The position numbers and the translations under genes were made by a program. Positions 9,593-20,154 of a DNA stretch of 64,000 bases are shown here, in pieces. This DNA is from an uncultured Phycisphaerales bacterium (GTDB lineage: Bacteria > Planctomycetota > Phycisphaerae > Tepidisphaerales > Tepidisphaeraceae), in the NCBI GenBank assembly GCA_963755915.1, contig CAVWLP010000003.1, forward strand, positions 1,024,001 to 1,088,000. The letters are read 5' to 3'. Within the stretch, counting starts at the first letter, position 1, and each line of letters starts with the position of its first letter. The notes beneath the pieces were generated by a model. The model worked only from the letters and a program-made list of their open reading frames with translations, was not told the origin of the DNA and did no database searches.

Positions 9593-12500
9593 TTAGGGAG
9601 GACACTGTGGGGCGCGGCGGCGGCGGAGGGCGGCGAAACCTGCGAGGGTGAGGATGGCGGCGGTGGCGGGTTCGGGGACGTCGGCGAGCAAACCGTTGGC
9701 GGCGGCGAAGGCGTCGAGGGCGGCGAAATCGGCAGGGGTGACGTCGGCGGTGTTGGAATCGCCCTGACCGAAATTGGAGGCGAGGGCCGCGAAGTCCGTC
9801 CCGTTGACAGAGCCGCCGTAGAAGAAATTGCCTTGGTCCCAGTTGGTGGATCCGAGTCCGAAATTGGCGGCGAGGATTGAGAAGTCGGATCCGTTGACGA
9901 CGCCGTCGAGGTTGGCGTCGCCGAGGAGGGTCCATTTGACCTCGATTTGGCCGGAAGTAAGGCCCGAGACGATGCCGTCGGCGCCGTCGGCATAACCAAG
10001 CCCGTAGTTGCTTCCTGAATACAACTGGGATGACGCTATGCCGGGGCCGTCCCAATATCCGTTCGCGTAGGCAGAAATGATGTATGACTGTATCGTCGCG
10101 ATCGGATCGGAACCCGATCCATAATTAAGGATGATCTCGTTGTTGGTAATGTTGAAGTAGGCGTTGGCGGCTATGGTCAGGGAAGAGAGGGTCACAGTAC
10201 CAATGTTAAGGTTGAGCTCCGCCGTTCCCGCGTTGACGGCGAGGCTGGTGTTGTTGGGGAGAGCGCCGGGACGCCGAAGATCAGCTGGCCGCCGTTTAAG
10301 GTGGTGCCGCCGGTGTAAGTGTTGATGGTGTTCAGTGTGAGAGTAGCGGTGCCATATTTGGCAAGCGCGGTTGTACCGATGATACCGCCGGTTCCAGTGA
10401 TTGTGTAATTGCCGTTGGAGTTGTTAACGCAGACGGTACCGGGCGAGACCTGGGTGTTGAGGGTGACGTTGTAGTTGCCGTTGTTATTGTCGTTGAAATC
10501 GACGTTAGCGCCGTTGGTGTACTTGGTTGCGGAGACGCCGTCGGTCCAGTTGGCGTTGTTGTTGACGTCCCAGGAGGTTCCGTTGCCGGAGAGGCCGGCG
10601 TTGTCCCAGTTGAGGATGGGGATGCCGGTGGAATCGACGGGGGCGGTTTGTGAGCTGCCGTTGATGTAGGTGTAATCGTCCCAGCCGGTGACGGAAGGCG
10701 CCGCGGAGGTATTGGTGATTTCCATGCGGAGGGCGTCGTACATGACGCCGTCGGTGTGGGAGCTGACACCGAAGGTGAATTCATTATCGGTGCCGACGGC
10801 GCTGAGGTCAGAGGTGGGAAATTGAAATGCGGCCCACTGATAGAAGCCTGAGTCGCCGCTGCGGACCATGGGATCGTCGGGGGAGAAATTGTTGTAGCTC
10901 CATGTTTCGGAGTGTCCGTTGAGGGTGACGACGAGGCTGGCGTCGAGCGCGACGAGTCCGACGGAGAGGACGACGTATTGACCCTGGGCGTCCTGAGCGG
11001 CAGTGGTTTCGAAGTGAACCTGCCAGGCGGAGCCGTGATAGTTGGCGGGGCCACCGGCGGCGGTGACATAGGAAGGGGCTTCGCTGTTGTATTCATCCGT
11101 GGAGTTGTTGGCGGAATCGTAGAGAGGGGGATCGAATGTTTCCCACTGATTTGCGATCCAGTCGTTGGGGTTGTTGGTTGCGGGTTCGGCGACGCCGTTG
11201 ATGACGGTGGCGGTGGCGTTGTAGGAGACGTAACCGGGGGTGCCGAGGGCTTGTTCTTCGGCCCAGTAGTTGTAGGCGCCGTAGTATTGGCGTTGATCTG
11301 CGCCGGAGGCGTTGTGGCCGTTCATGAATTCGTTGGAGGAACGATTGGGCGTGCCGATGGTCCAGATGGGGGCGTAGTTTGAGAAGTTTTCGGGCATAAA
11401 CTTGACGTTTTGGGGGACGGTGACCTGCCCGGCGACGACCTGCACCCCATCCACGCGAGTTTCGCCCCACTGGCCAAGCTGGTAGAGCGTCATCCGGTAG
11501 GTGCCCGGGACGACGTTGTTGATGTCGACGTTACCGTTCTGGGAAACCTGCCCCCAATACTGGTATCCCTGCGTCGACTCCTGCATGTTCACGCCTGGCT
11601 CGGAAAGAACAACGGTGTTGTTGTCGATGTTGGAGCTCCAGCCGGCGGTGGAGGTGGCATTGATCTGGACGCTGCCGCGGTTAGCGGTGTTAACGTAACC
11701 GCTGGCGGCCAGTTCGGTGTCTGTGTTGAATTCCGACTGATCGTTGGAAATATTGTCAATCGCGTTTTGGTTGATTTGCGCGGCCGTGGTGCCGGTGATC
11801 GACGAGATCGTAAATGCGTAAGGTCCAAAGAGCTTGGTTGTATTCACATCCGGGGTCGGATAATACCCATATCCTGGATAGGCTCCCGTGCCATAGCCGT
11901 TGGTACTATCAATTCCGTAGTGATCCGAGAGAAACTCCATGTTAAGAATGCCGGGATCGGTCCAGGCCAGTTCCTGCTTGGTGGGTCCTCCCGTGAGGGT
12001 GTCGGGAGCCGTATCAACTTCGGTGACGGCGTAGTTTGAGCCGTACATCGTTTCGGCTTGATAGAACTGGCTGTAGACGGAGTAGTCGTACTTGGTGAAG
12101 AAGTTGGTTCCGTTGTCTCCGGCGACGCCGGTGCCGGTGAGGTCGTAGGTGACGTTTTGGACCTGGCGTTCGGCATTGGCGGTGGCGGTGGCAAAACCAG
12201 AAGTTGTGCTGGGGACCGGGGAGGTGGTCACGGGGGCGAGGTTATTTGGGCCCGTGTCGATCTGATAGAGGTTTGGGAAAAGGCTGGTATTTGAACGAAA
12301 AAGGAACTGGCCCTGACCGACGCTTAGGCCTTCTACCGTGCCGTTGGGTTCAGTGACGGTGGTAGGATCAGTGGCCGAGTGATTCAGTACCTCGTAGCAG
12401 TAAATGGTCGGGTCATTGGCGAAGAGGACATAGTGAAATGCGTAGGTAATCGGGTTAACGCTTGTGCCGGTCGAGGCGACGTTTGTCCAGACATCGACAT

Positions 12501-12837
12501 AGCTATTGTCCGGGCCAACCTGCGCGTTAAACGTCTGGGGCCCCGAACCGAAGGGCGTTCCGGCGAACTCTTGATTCAAGCTTCCGTCGGTCCCACCACC
12601 GGGGTTTAGGAGGTTGGTGCCATTGCCCAAAGAAATGGAGTCTATTTCTTCGCCCTGAGGATCAAAAGTTGCGTTGATAAGACCGTTCGATATCTGCCAG
12701 TTGGTATTGCTATTCTCGACCAGCGTAACTTGTCCCTGCGCTTCAGCCGACAGAGCGGCCGCCACTCCCGCCGAAACTGCCATTAAAATTGCCCGATTTT
12801 GACGACGCCGGGGACCCCCTGAGCAGGCACAACTCAT
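9593..12837 (-). CDS. Rhamnogalacturonan lyase (PL4)-like secreted protein with autotransporter-type beta repeat, dockerin-like motif and PEP-CTERM tail; frameshift near 10270
   Basis: TKYDYS, GGPTKQEL, YQYW..NVVPGTYRM, IWTIGTPNRSSNEF, MYDALRME; LLGDANLDGVVNGSDF; VPEPATAAILTLAGFAALRRRR. Confidence 0.82.
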
Positions 12838-12950
12838 TTTCCGCTCCTCGTCCGCTATTTCACAGATTTTCAAACCCAATTACCGCAATTGCCAGCATCT
12901 TCCGCGATGGTGTGCCAATGTCAAGAGAATTCTGGAAAAACAGGGGGGAA

Positions 12951-15145
12951 TCAGGCTATTTTGCGAGGTTTTAGGGAGGCGATGAGGTTGGCAAGGAGGC
13001 TGATAATTCCGCCGACTACCACAAGAACGGCGGAAAATGCCCAGGCGCGCCAGGTGATGGCGTCGGAGGGGTCGTAGGAGATTTGAGCGACGGGCTCGGG
13101 GGCGGTGGCCGCGGGGGACGCGGCTTGAGCGACAACGAGGGGTGCGGATGGGGGCGTGGGGACATGGGGAGGTGCGGTGTGGAGGACGATGTTTTGATCA
13201 CCGCTGCGGACGGAGGAGCGGCTGTAGCCGCGCTGGGGGGCGTAGTTATAGAAGGCGGTGAGGCGGTCGCCGGTGACGACGGTGCAAGTGAATTTTCCGT
13301 TGCCGTCGGTGGTCATGCTGTTGTATCCGGTGCGTGGGCCGTCGACGTAGATTCGCATACCGACGACGGGCTGGTTGTCGGCGTTGAGGAGGACGCCGGC
13401 GATGGAGGAATCGCGCTTGTAGAGGGTGATGTCGCGCGGGGTGAGGGTTTGGCCGGGGGTTGGGCGCAGCTCGGCGGTTTCGGTTTCGCCGTAGCCGTTG
13501 CGGGAGACGTCGACGTAATAGATGGCGTCGGGCCAGAGGTCGGCGATGGTGTAGTTTCCCTTGTCGTCGGAGAGGCCGCTGTCCTGCTCCATCGAGTAGC
13601 GACCGGTGCGGACGATGAGGCTGATCTGCGCGGCGGGGATGGGGTGGTTCTGGGAATCGATGACACGGCCGGTGATGGTGGCGAGGACGCCTTTTTCGAG
13701 CTGGATGGTGATGTCGCCGGGGGCGGAGCGATTGACGGCGAGGGCCTTTGAAGTGGCGAGGTCGCCGGAGCGGGCGCGAAGCTGGACGCGGCCGGTGCGC
13801 TGCATGGGGAGGGTGTGGAAGAGCCCATCGGGGCCGGTGGTGAAGGACAGGTGCTGGTACATGGGGATTTCATCGGAGGAGACGAAGACGCTGGCGCCGG
13901 CGACGGGATTTCCGTCGGGGTCGAGGACCTTGCCGACGAGGGGGGCCATGAGGACGCGCGGGAGGCGGAACTGAATGGCTTCGGAGGCGCCGCCTTGCTG
14001 GATGGTGACGTTTTTGTTGTCGGGGCTGGGTCGTGCGAAGCCGGGGGCGGGGGTGTCGGACATTATGTAGACGTTTTGCTCGCCGGGGACGACGCGGGCG
14101 GTGAAAGTGCCGGTGGCGTCGGTCTGAACCTGCTGGACGGAAGCGCTGTCGCGGGGATGGGCGGGTCCGTAGATGCCGAGGGGAACGCCCGGGACGGGCT
14201 GGCTGTTGTCGGCGGCGACGACGGTTCCGGTGAGGATGACGCCGGGGATGAGGGAAAGATCGACGCCGGACTTGGCCTGGCCGGCGGTGAGGGCGAGATT
14301 TTCGACGGCCTGGGCGGTGAATGTTTTTTCCAGGCTTGAGTCGGGGTGAAGGGAGATGTCGAAGCGGCCGGGGCGGAGCTGGTTTATCGTGTAGGAGCCA
14401 TCGGCGGCGGTGAGGGCGTTGGCGTAGCCGTAGTCGGAGGATTGGCAATCGATGGCGATTCCGGGGGCGGGCTTGCCGGTGGTGGAGTAGGTGACGTGGC
14501 CGGAAATCGTGGCGGCGGGCAAGAGGTGGATGGGATCGGCTTTGGTCTGGGGGGAGCTGCCGAGCATTTGCTCGTCCTGGTCGGAGAGCATGGCGTATTT
14601 GGGGTCGGTGACGATGAGATCGACGGTGGAGGATTGGGCGAGGCCGGGGATCGTGCATTGGCCGTTGGAATCGGTGACGGCGGAGATAGGGGAGTTAAAG
14701 GGCTGGGGGATGGAGAGATTGGTGAGGCCACCGGAGATTTGGGAGAAGGACATGGTGAAGAGGCTGATCGGAACGCCGGGGGCGGGTTTGTTGTCGGGGC
14801 CAATGAATGTCAGGAGGAGGTCGGTGCGCGGGTGGAGAGAGATTTTGGGATTGGTGCCGCCCTGGAGGAGGACGGCGCCGGCGCCGAAGGAGTCGGCGGT
14901 GGCGAAGAGTTCAGTGGCGTCGGGGACGGCATTGAAGAAATGGAAATCGCCGTTGTCGTCGGTGCGGGTGGTTGGGGCGTCGATTTTCGGGCCGGATTGG
15001 GGGCGCTGGTGGATTTGATGAGATAGACGGCGGCGTTTTTGACGGGCTTGCCGTCGGGGGAGAGGACTTTGCCGGAGTAGTCGGCGGCAAAACAGGCGGA
15101 TGCAAGGGTGAAGATTGCGAGGATGGAGCAGAAAAGGTGTTTCAC
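12951..15145 (-). CDS. Exported protein with tandem carboxypeptidase-regulatory-like beta-sandwich repeats and C-terminal TM anchor; frameshift near 15000
   Basis: Signal peptide [20 protein letters not shown]; repeated GxVxxxDGxPVxGxxV..TDxxGxF units; C-terminal TM plus basic tail. Confidence 0.75.
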
Positions 15146-15246
15146 GTTTCCTCATTTCCCCTCCGGTGGTACGCGGGACGCGGTCCTCAAGGGAGGGCAA
15201 GGGTGGGTGATGAGTATATTCGCCGTTGTGGGGATACAATAGGGTG

Positions 15247-16476
15247 ATGCCATTCAGTGCGATTCCGGAAATATTGGATGAGCTGCGGGCCGGGAAGATG
15301 GTCGTTCTCGTGGATGATGAGGACCGGGAGAACGAGGGGGACCTGGTGATGGCGGCGGAGAAGGTGACGCCGGCGGCGATTAATTTCATGGTGACGCATG
15401 CGCGGGGGCTGATCTGTCTGCCGCTGACGGCGGAGCGATGCGATCGGCTGCAGCTTCATGCGCAATCGGATCGGAATACGGCTCGGCTGGGGACGGCGTT
15501 TACGGTGACAGTGGACGCGCATCCGCGGTTTGGGGTGACGACAGGGGTGTCGGCGAAGGACCGGGCGACGACGATTCAGGTGGCGATCGCGGAGGATGCG
15601 CAGCCACAGGATTTGCTGCGGCCGGGGCATATCAATCCGCTGCGGACGCGGGAGGGGGGCGTGCTGGTGCGGGCGGGGCAGACGGAGGGGTCGGTGGACC
15701 TGGCGAATCTGGCGGGAATGAAGCCGGCGGCGGTGATCTGCGAAGTGATGCGCGAAGACGGAGAGATGGCGCGGCGGCCGGAGCTGGAAGAGTTTTGCGC
15801 CAAGCATGGTTTGAAGATGTGCTCGATTGCGGACCTGATCAGCTATCGGCTGAAGCGCGAGCAGTTCGTGCGGCGGATTGAGAGCGTGGCGCTGCCGACG
15901 AGGTGGGGGACGTTTCAACTGCATGCGTATCAGAGCGCGATCGATCCGCAGCCGCATTTGGCGCTGTGTAAGGGGGGCGTGGGTGATCTGGACAGCGAGG
16001 GGAAGCCGATTGTGCATGAGGAGCCGGTGCTGGTGCGGGTGCATAGCGAGTGTTTGACGGGGGATGTTTTTGGGAGCGCGCGGTGCGACTGCGGGCCGCA
16101 GCTTTCGGCGGCGATGCAGATGATCGAGCATGAAGGGAAGGGGGCGCTGGTTTATCTTCGGCAGGAGGGGCGGGGGATTGGGCTGGCGAATAAGCTGCAT
16201 GCTTATGCGCTGCAGGAGAAGGGGCTGGATACCGTGGAGGCGAATCAGCGGCTTGGTCTACCCGTTGATAAGCGGGATTATGGGATTGGGAGCCAGATTC
16301 TTCGGGACCTGGGGCTGCGGAAGATTCGGATCATGACGAACAATCCGAAGAAGATTTATGGGATTGAGGGGTATGGGTTGACTGTGGTGGAGGAGGTGCC
16401 GATTCGGATTGAGCCTGGGGAGCATAATCGGGAGTATCTGGCGACGAAGAAGGAGAAGATGGGGCATAAGTTGTGA
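15247..16476 (+). CDS. ribBA: Bifunctional DHBP synthase / GTP cyclohydrolase II
   Basis: [61 protein letters not shown]. Confidence 0.96.
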   Translation: MPFSAIPEILDELRAGKMVVLVDDEDRENEGDLVMAAEKVTPAAINFMVTHARGLICLPLTAERCDRLQLHAQSDRNTARLGTAFTVTVDAHPRFGVTTGVSAKDRATTIQVAIAEDAQPQDLLRPGHINPLRTREGGVLVRAGQTEGSVDLANLAGMKPAAVICEVMREDGEMARRPELEEFCAKHGLKMCSIADLISYRLKREQFVRRIESVALPTRWGTFQLHAYQSAIDPQPHLALCKGGVGDLDSEGKPIVHEEPVLVRVHSECLTGDVFGSARCDCGPQLSAAMQMIEHEGKGALVYLRQEGRGIGLANKLHAYALQEKGLDTVEANQRLGLPVDKRDYGIGSQILRDLGLRKIRIMTNNPKKIYGIEGYGLTVVEEVPIRIEPGEHNREYLATKKEKMGHKL

Positions 16477-16477
16477 A

Positions 16478-16508
16478 TGCCGATTGCCGATTGGCAATTG
16501 CCGAATGA
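16478..16508. repeat. Heptamer tandem repeat (TTGCCGA)n
   Basis: TGCCGATTGCCGATTGGCAATTGCCGAATG; a similar run occurs at 24966-24999. Confidence 0.6.
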
Positions 16509-16533
16509 AAAGGCGAGCGATTCTGCCTCTCAT

Positions 16534-16558
16534 CCCCGCCCCCGGTACTCCGGGGGAG
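16534..16558. repeat. REP family D (GTAC-centred C/G-tract palindrome), partial copy in reverse orientation
   Basis: CCCCGCCCCCGGTACTCCGGGGGAG is the reverse complement of part of the copies at 31738 and 36802. Confidence 0.75.
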
Positions 16559-16614
16559 TGATGACGCACAAGCAGTACGATAGAGGAAACCAGCGATGGA
16601 AAGACGAGGTGTAA
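16558..16614 (+). pseudogene. 3' remnant of a HigB-type toxin gene
   Basis: Translates VMTHKQYDRGNQRWKDEV*, matching the THxxYD..W C-terminus typical of HigB toxins; overlaps the antitoxin start. Confidence 0.65.
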
Positions 16615-17063
16615 AAATTCCCCAGGCGATCAAAGCGCTGCCAGAGTCCTATCTCGACTTGCTGGCCGAATTTCCCCTCCGCCCAATCACGACAGGAAAG
16701 GAATACGAGCGAGCCGTTAAAATTGTTCACCGGCTCGCATTGCGCGAGGGCAAGCTTGACCGTGGCGAGGAATCATTCCTGGAAGTTCTGGAAACATTGG
16801 TCGAGCGCTACGACGAGTCGCACCATCCGATGAACACCGACGACGTTTCTCCCACCGAGGTTCTGCGGATGCGGGTGGAGCAGGCCGGGATGAGCGTGAC
16901 GGATTTGGGGAAATTGCTGGGGAGCAAGAGCGCGGCTTCGGAACTGCTGAGCGGGAAACGCAAGGAGCCGAGCAAGTCGCAAATTGCGAAGTTGTGCGCG
17001 AGGTTCAAGGTCGATGCGGGAGTATTTCTGCAAGCGGCAACGTCGCCGGCAAATGCGGCGTAG
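16596..17063 (+). CDS. HigA-type antitoxin (HTH_3 domain)
   Basis: PLRPI..EYERA..LEVLETLVERYD; HTH VTDLGKLLGSKSAASELLSGKR..QIAKLCARF. Confidence 0.85.
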   Translation: MERRGVKIPQAIKALPESYLDLLAEFPLRPITTGKEYERAVKIVHRLALREGKLDRGEESFLEVLETLVERYDESHHPMNTDDVSPTEVLRMRVEQAGMSVTDLGKLLGSKSAASELLSGKRKEPSKSQIAKLCARFKVDAGVFLQAATSPANAA

Positions 17064-17190
17064 ACCGGGGTGTGCGATTCGATTGGCGGATGACGGCTTG
17101 ATCGCGATCCGGCTTTGGGCATGGGTTTGGAGATTCGATTGGATAATTGGCTAGCGCCGGATCCAATATATGAGTTTCGCGCTTTGAAAT

Positions 17191-17214
17191 CCGCCGGTGG
17201 GGACACCGGCGGCA
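17191..17214. repeat. REP family C hairpin, copy 1
   Basis: CCGCCGGTGGGGACACCGGCGGCA, identical to 48700-48723. Confidence 0.75.
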
Positions 17215-17233
17215 CTTGGCGCGGGACGGGAAA

Positions 17234-17260
17234 GCGCCTTGCAAACAAGGCGGCTACACG
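17234..17260 (-). repeat. GTAG-type REP (family B variant)
   Basis: Reverse complement CGTGTAGCCGCCTTGTTTGCAAGGCGC. Confidence 0.65.
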
Positions 17261-17263
17261 AAA

Positions 17264-19603
17264 TTAATCCATTTGGTAGCGCATTTCCACCTGAGGGCCG
17301 ACGACTCTGACGGTCATGTCGTGGGCGATGTCGGAATACATGGGATCGGCGGTGGCGCTGCCCCAGGCGAGGGCGAATTGCTCGAGCTGGGTTTCGGCGT
17401 GCATTTTTTCGCTGACGCCCAGGACTACCTCGTTGGCTTTCAGATCGCGGGCGGCGGTGGCGATGGCGAAGAGGGGGTTGTTGGTCGGTAATACGACGGG
17501 GTGAACTTCCTTGCCGACTTGCTCGGCGATGGTGACGATTTTGGTCAGCAGATCGCGGTCGCTTTCGTCGACGCTGGTTTCCTGGGGGGTTACGCCGAAG
17601 GTGCGGGCGGGGAGTACCTTGCAGGTGACGACGACGACGTCGCGCTGGGTGGTGTCGACTTCCTGGAGAATGCGCTGGAGGACGGGGAGACTGTGCGGGC
17701 CGCGGGCGGCGATGACGACGGGCTTGGGATGTTTGAGGCCGAGGGCTTCGATGGAGACGCCGTCGCGGAGCGCTCGTTGAATTGCTCGAGATGCTCGTGC
17801 TTTCCGCCGTGGCGGCGATGGGAGATTTTTTCGACGATGAGGAAGACGATGAGGAAGGCGACGGTGAACCCGACGCCCCAGATGGTGGCGGTTTTCTTGG
17901 TGAGGAGGTTGATCAGGGCGGTGCTGGCGAGGATGAGGAAGACGGCGAAGATTCCGATGGGGAGATCGAGCTCGCGTTCCTTGGTGCGTTTGTGGATGTT
18001 GAAGCGGGACGCGGTATTGGCGCGGCGAGCGGTCCTTTAAGCGGAGGAAGGCCATGGACATGGTCATGAAGACGAAGGACCAGATGACGCCGAAGGCGTA
18101 GGCTTCGCCGAGGGTGTCGACGTCGCCGGAGCTGGCGACGATGACGATCGAGCTGCATGATGGCGATGAGGTTGATGAGCCGATGGGTGGTTCCGAAGCG
18201 TTTGTGGGGATGCTGGAACCACGGGGTGAGGACGCCATCTTCGGCGAGGCGATTGAGGACGCCGTTGGAGCCGACCATGCTGGTGTTGACGGCGCCGGCG
18301 AGGATGAGGAAGCCGACGATGACGACGAAACATTCCATAATGATTTTGAGGAGGGAGGGCCCGGCGAGGTATTGGACGAGGCCGTTGATGAGGTTATCGC
18401 GATATCCGCCGTTGTCGCGCTGGACGTGGTGATCGGCGTCGAGCATGACGAGCTGGGTGGTTTTGTCGAGGTGTTCTTCGCCTTTGTTGTCGAACCAGCG
18501 ATCAAGTCGGTAGCCCCAGTCGTGGGGATGCTGGGCGTCGTGCTGGCGGAGGTAATCGACTTCGACGTAGTCTTTGCCGGCTGAACTTGGCGGGGTGATC
18601 CGTTCTGGACGACCATGGTCATGACGCGTTTGCCGTCGGGGATGATGAAGATGGCGAAGAAGCTGATGAGGCTCGTAAGGAGCATGGAGTAGAGGAAGAT
18701 GACGAATCCGGCGCGGAGGAGATTTTTGAGCTTGGGGGCTTCGATTTCGCGATTGACCTGGGCGAGGGATTCTTCACCGCTCATGGCGAGAAGCGTGTGG
18801 CCGAAGGCGATGAGAATGCCGAGGGCGCCGACGATGCGGGGGAAATCTTCGAGCCAGCCTTTGGAGGATTCGTTGCCACCGATGCCGGAATCGGTGAAGA
18901 CGGGATGGAGTGGCGGAGCGGAGCAACGGGAGATGGTGCATGAAGATGGTGAGGATGCTCCAGCCGATGATGAGGACGCCCATGACGGTGGTGAGCTGCA
19001 TGATGCGGAGGGCTTTGTCGCAGGATTCGTGGATTCCGACGATGTTGACGCGCCAGAAGTAGATGGTGATGAAGATGGCGAGGACGACCGTGCCGGCGTT
19101 GATGAGGTGCTGGGTTCGGCTCCGCTGGTCACGATGGGCGGGTGACCGATGTGGCGGAGGAAGACGTTCATCATGTCGACGAAGAGGCCGAGCATGTACT
19201 GGCCGGCGGAGACGGCGCTGATGGGGCCGGTGAGGATGTAATCGAACATGAGGGCGCTGACGGAGAGCTTGGCGAGGCCGCCGCCGATGGCGCCTTTGAC
19301 GACGCGGTAGACGCCGCCGCGGGTGAACATGGTGCAGCTTTCGACGTAGACGGCGCGGACGGCGTAGCTGAAGAGCATGACACCGAGGATGAACCAGGGG
19401 GCGGCCTTGCCGATGGCCTGCTCGGAGATCCCGCCGATGTAGTAGGCGGTGGAGGCGAGGTCGCAAAGGACGATAGCGGCGGCGCGCCAGAAGCTGATGA
19501 AGGCGAGGGCGACGCTGGAGACGACGAGGACGTTGATGGCCTTTCGCTGGCCGGTGTCGGGGAGCTGGGCGAAATCGAAATCACTGGTAGGGACTTGTGC
19601 CAT
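17264..19603 (-). CDS. APC-superfamily transporter (KimA/YdaO-like) with C-terminal USP-like cytoplasmic domain; multiple frameshifts
   Basis: CDLASTAYY, GGVYRVVK, MFDYILTGPIS, AMSGEES, YAFGVIWSF; C-terminal AIATAARDLKANEVVLG; downstream of a c-di-AMP riboswitch. Confidence 0.8.
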   Translation of the reverse strand: MAQVPTSDFDFAQLPDTGQRKAINVLVVSSVALAFISFWRAAAIVLCDLASTAYYIGGISEQAIGKAAPWFILGVMLFSYAVRAVYVESCTMFTRGGVYRVVKGAIGGGLAKLSVSALMFDYILTGPISAVSAGQYMLGLFVDMMNVFLRHIGHPPIVTSGAEPSTSSTPARSSSPSSSPSTSGASTSSESTNPATKPSASCSSPPSWASSSSAGASSPSSCTISRCSAPPLHPVFTDSGIGGNESSKGWLEDFPRIVGALGILIAFGHTLLAMSGEESLAQVNREIEAPKLKNLLRAGFVIFLYSMLLTSLISFFAIFIIPDGKRVMTMVVQNGSPRQVQPAKTTSKSITSASTTPSIPTTGATDLIAGSTTKAKNTSTKPPSSSCSTPITTSSATTADIAITSSTASSNTSPGPPSSKSLWNVSSSSSASSSSPAPSTPAWSAPTASSIASPKMASSPRGSSIPTNASEPPIGSSTSSPSCSSIVIVASSGDVDTLGEAYAFGVIWSFVFMTMSMAFLRLKDRSPRQYRVPLQHPQTHQGTRARSPHRNLRRLPHPRQHRPDQPPHQENRHHLGRRVHRRLPHRLPHRRKNLPSPPRRKARASRAIQRALRDGVSIEALGLKHPKPVVIAARGPHSLPVLQRILQEVDTTQRDVVVVTCKVLPARTFGVTPQETSVDESDRDLLTKIVTIAEQVGKEVHPVVLPTNNPLFAIATAARDLKANEVVLGVSEKMHAETQLEQFALAWGSATADPMYSDIAHDMTVRVVGPQVEMRYQMD

Positions 19604-19761
19604 GGGAATTCTGCAATCCTTTGGGTCTAGGTCGGCAATGCAAAATGCAAGCCGACGGTGCGCAGGGCGGACCGCGATCGGATCAGGAGCGAGCGAGTTA
19701 GCAAAGGGGGGAACGCTTCAAGTGGGGTGGCTGATGAGGCCGTGTGAACCCAAGCGTAATT

Positions 19762-19993
19762 TCCCTTTCAGAGGCCGACGGGGTTAGCTGACGGGCTGGG
19801 CGCAGAAAGTCGCCCTCGGTATTGCCGAACCGATTCGCCCCTGCCGGGTGGGTTGGAGGCGGAAACAAGTCGCTGCGAGCACCGAACCGCTCGGGCCGCC
19901 GCTTCGTTTCCGTAAACCATCCCATCAGGCTGCACGAGGCACTCGCCCCGTGATGGGTTCCCCGCGCGATGGATTTCTCCAAAGCTTAGGCGG
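19762..19993 (-). ncRNA. c-di-AMP riboswitch (ydaO/yuaA class) with expanded variable region
   Basis: Minus strand reads GCCTAAGC..TGGA-GAAA-TCCA..GCGCGGGGAACC ... GGGGCGAATCGGT..ACCGAGGGCGA-CTTTC-TGCGCCCAGCCCGTCAGCTAACCCCGTCGGC..GAAAG; CGGGG/CCCCG pairing and CTTTC/GAAAG pseudoknot. Confidence 0.85.
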
Positions 19994-20154
19994 ATTACGA
20001 AGGGGGGTAGGATAGATTTTTGGGGGGGAAGTCAAGGAATGTTTTGGTGGGGACCTTGGGTACAAAAGGTAACAGTCGGCAACAATTTGGGGGGATTGGG
20101 GGGAGTGGGAAATTCGAACTCGAAATTCGAATGCTTGAAACGGGGAGGCAGGCG

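Noticed and set aside
12895-12925. Promoter for the PL4 gene (TTGACA and TGGCAC on the minus strand)
   Set aside because: The -10 element is poor and sigma-54 GG/GC spacing is wrong
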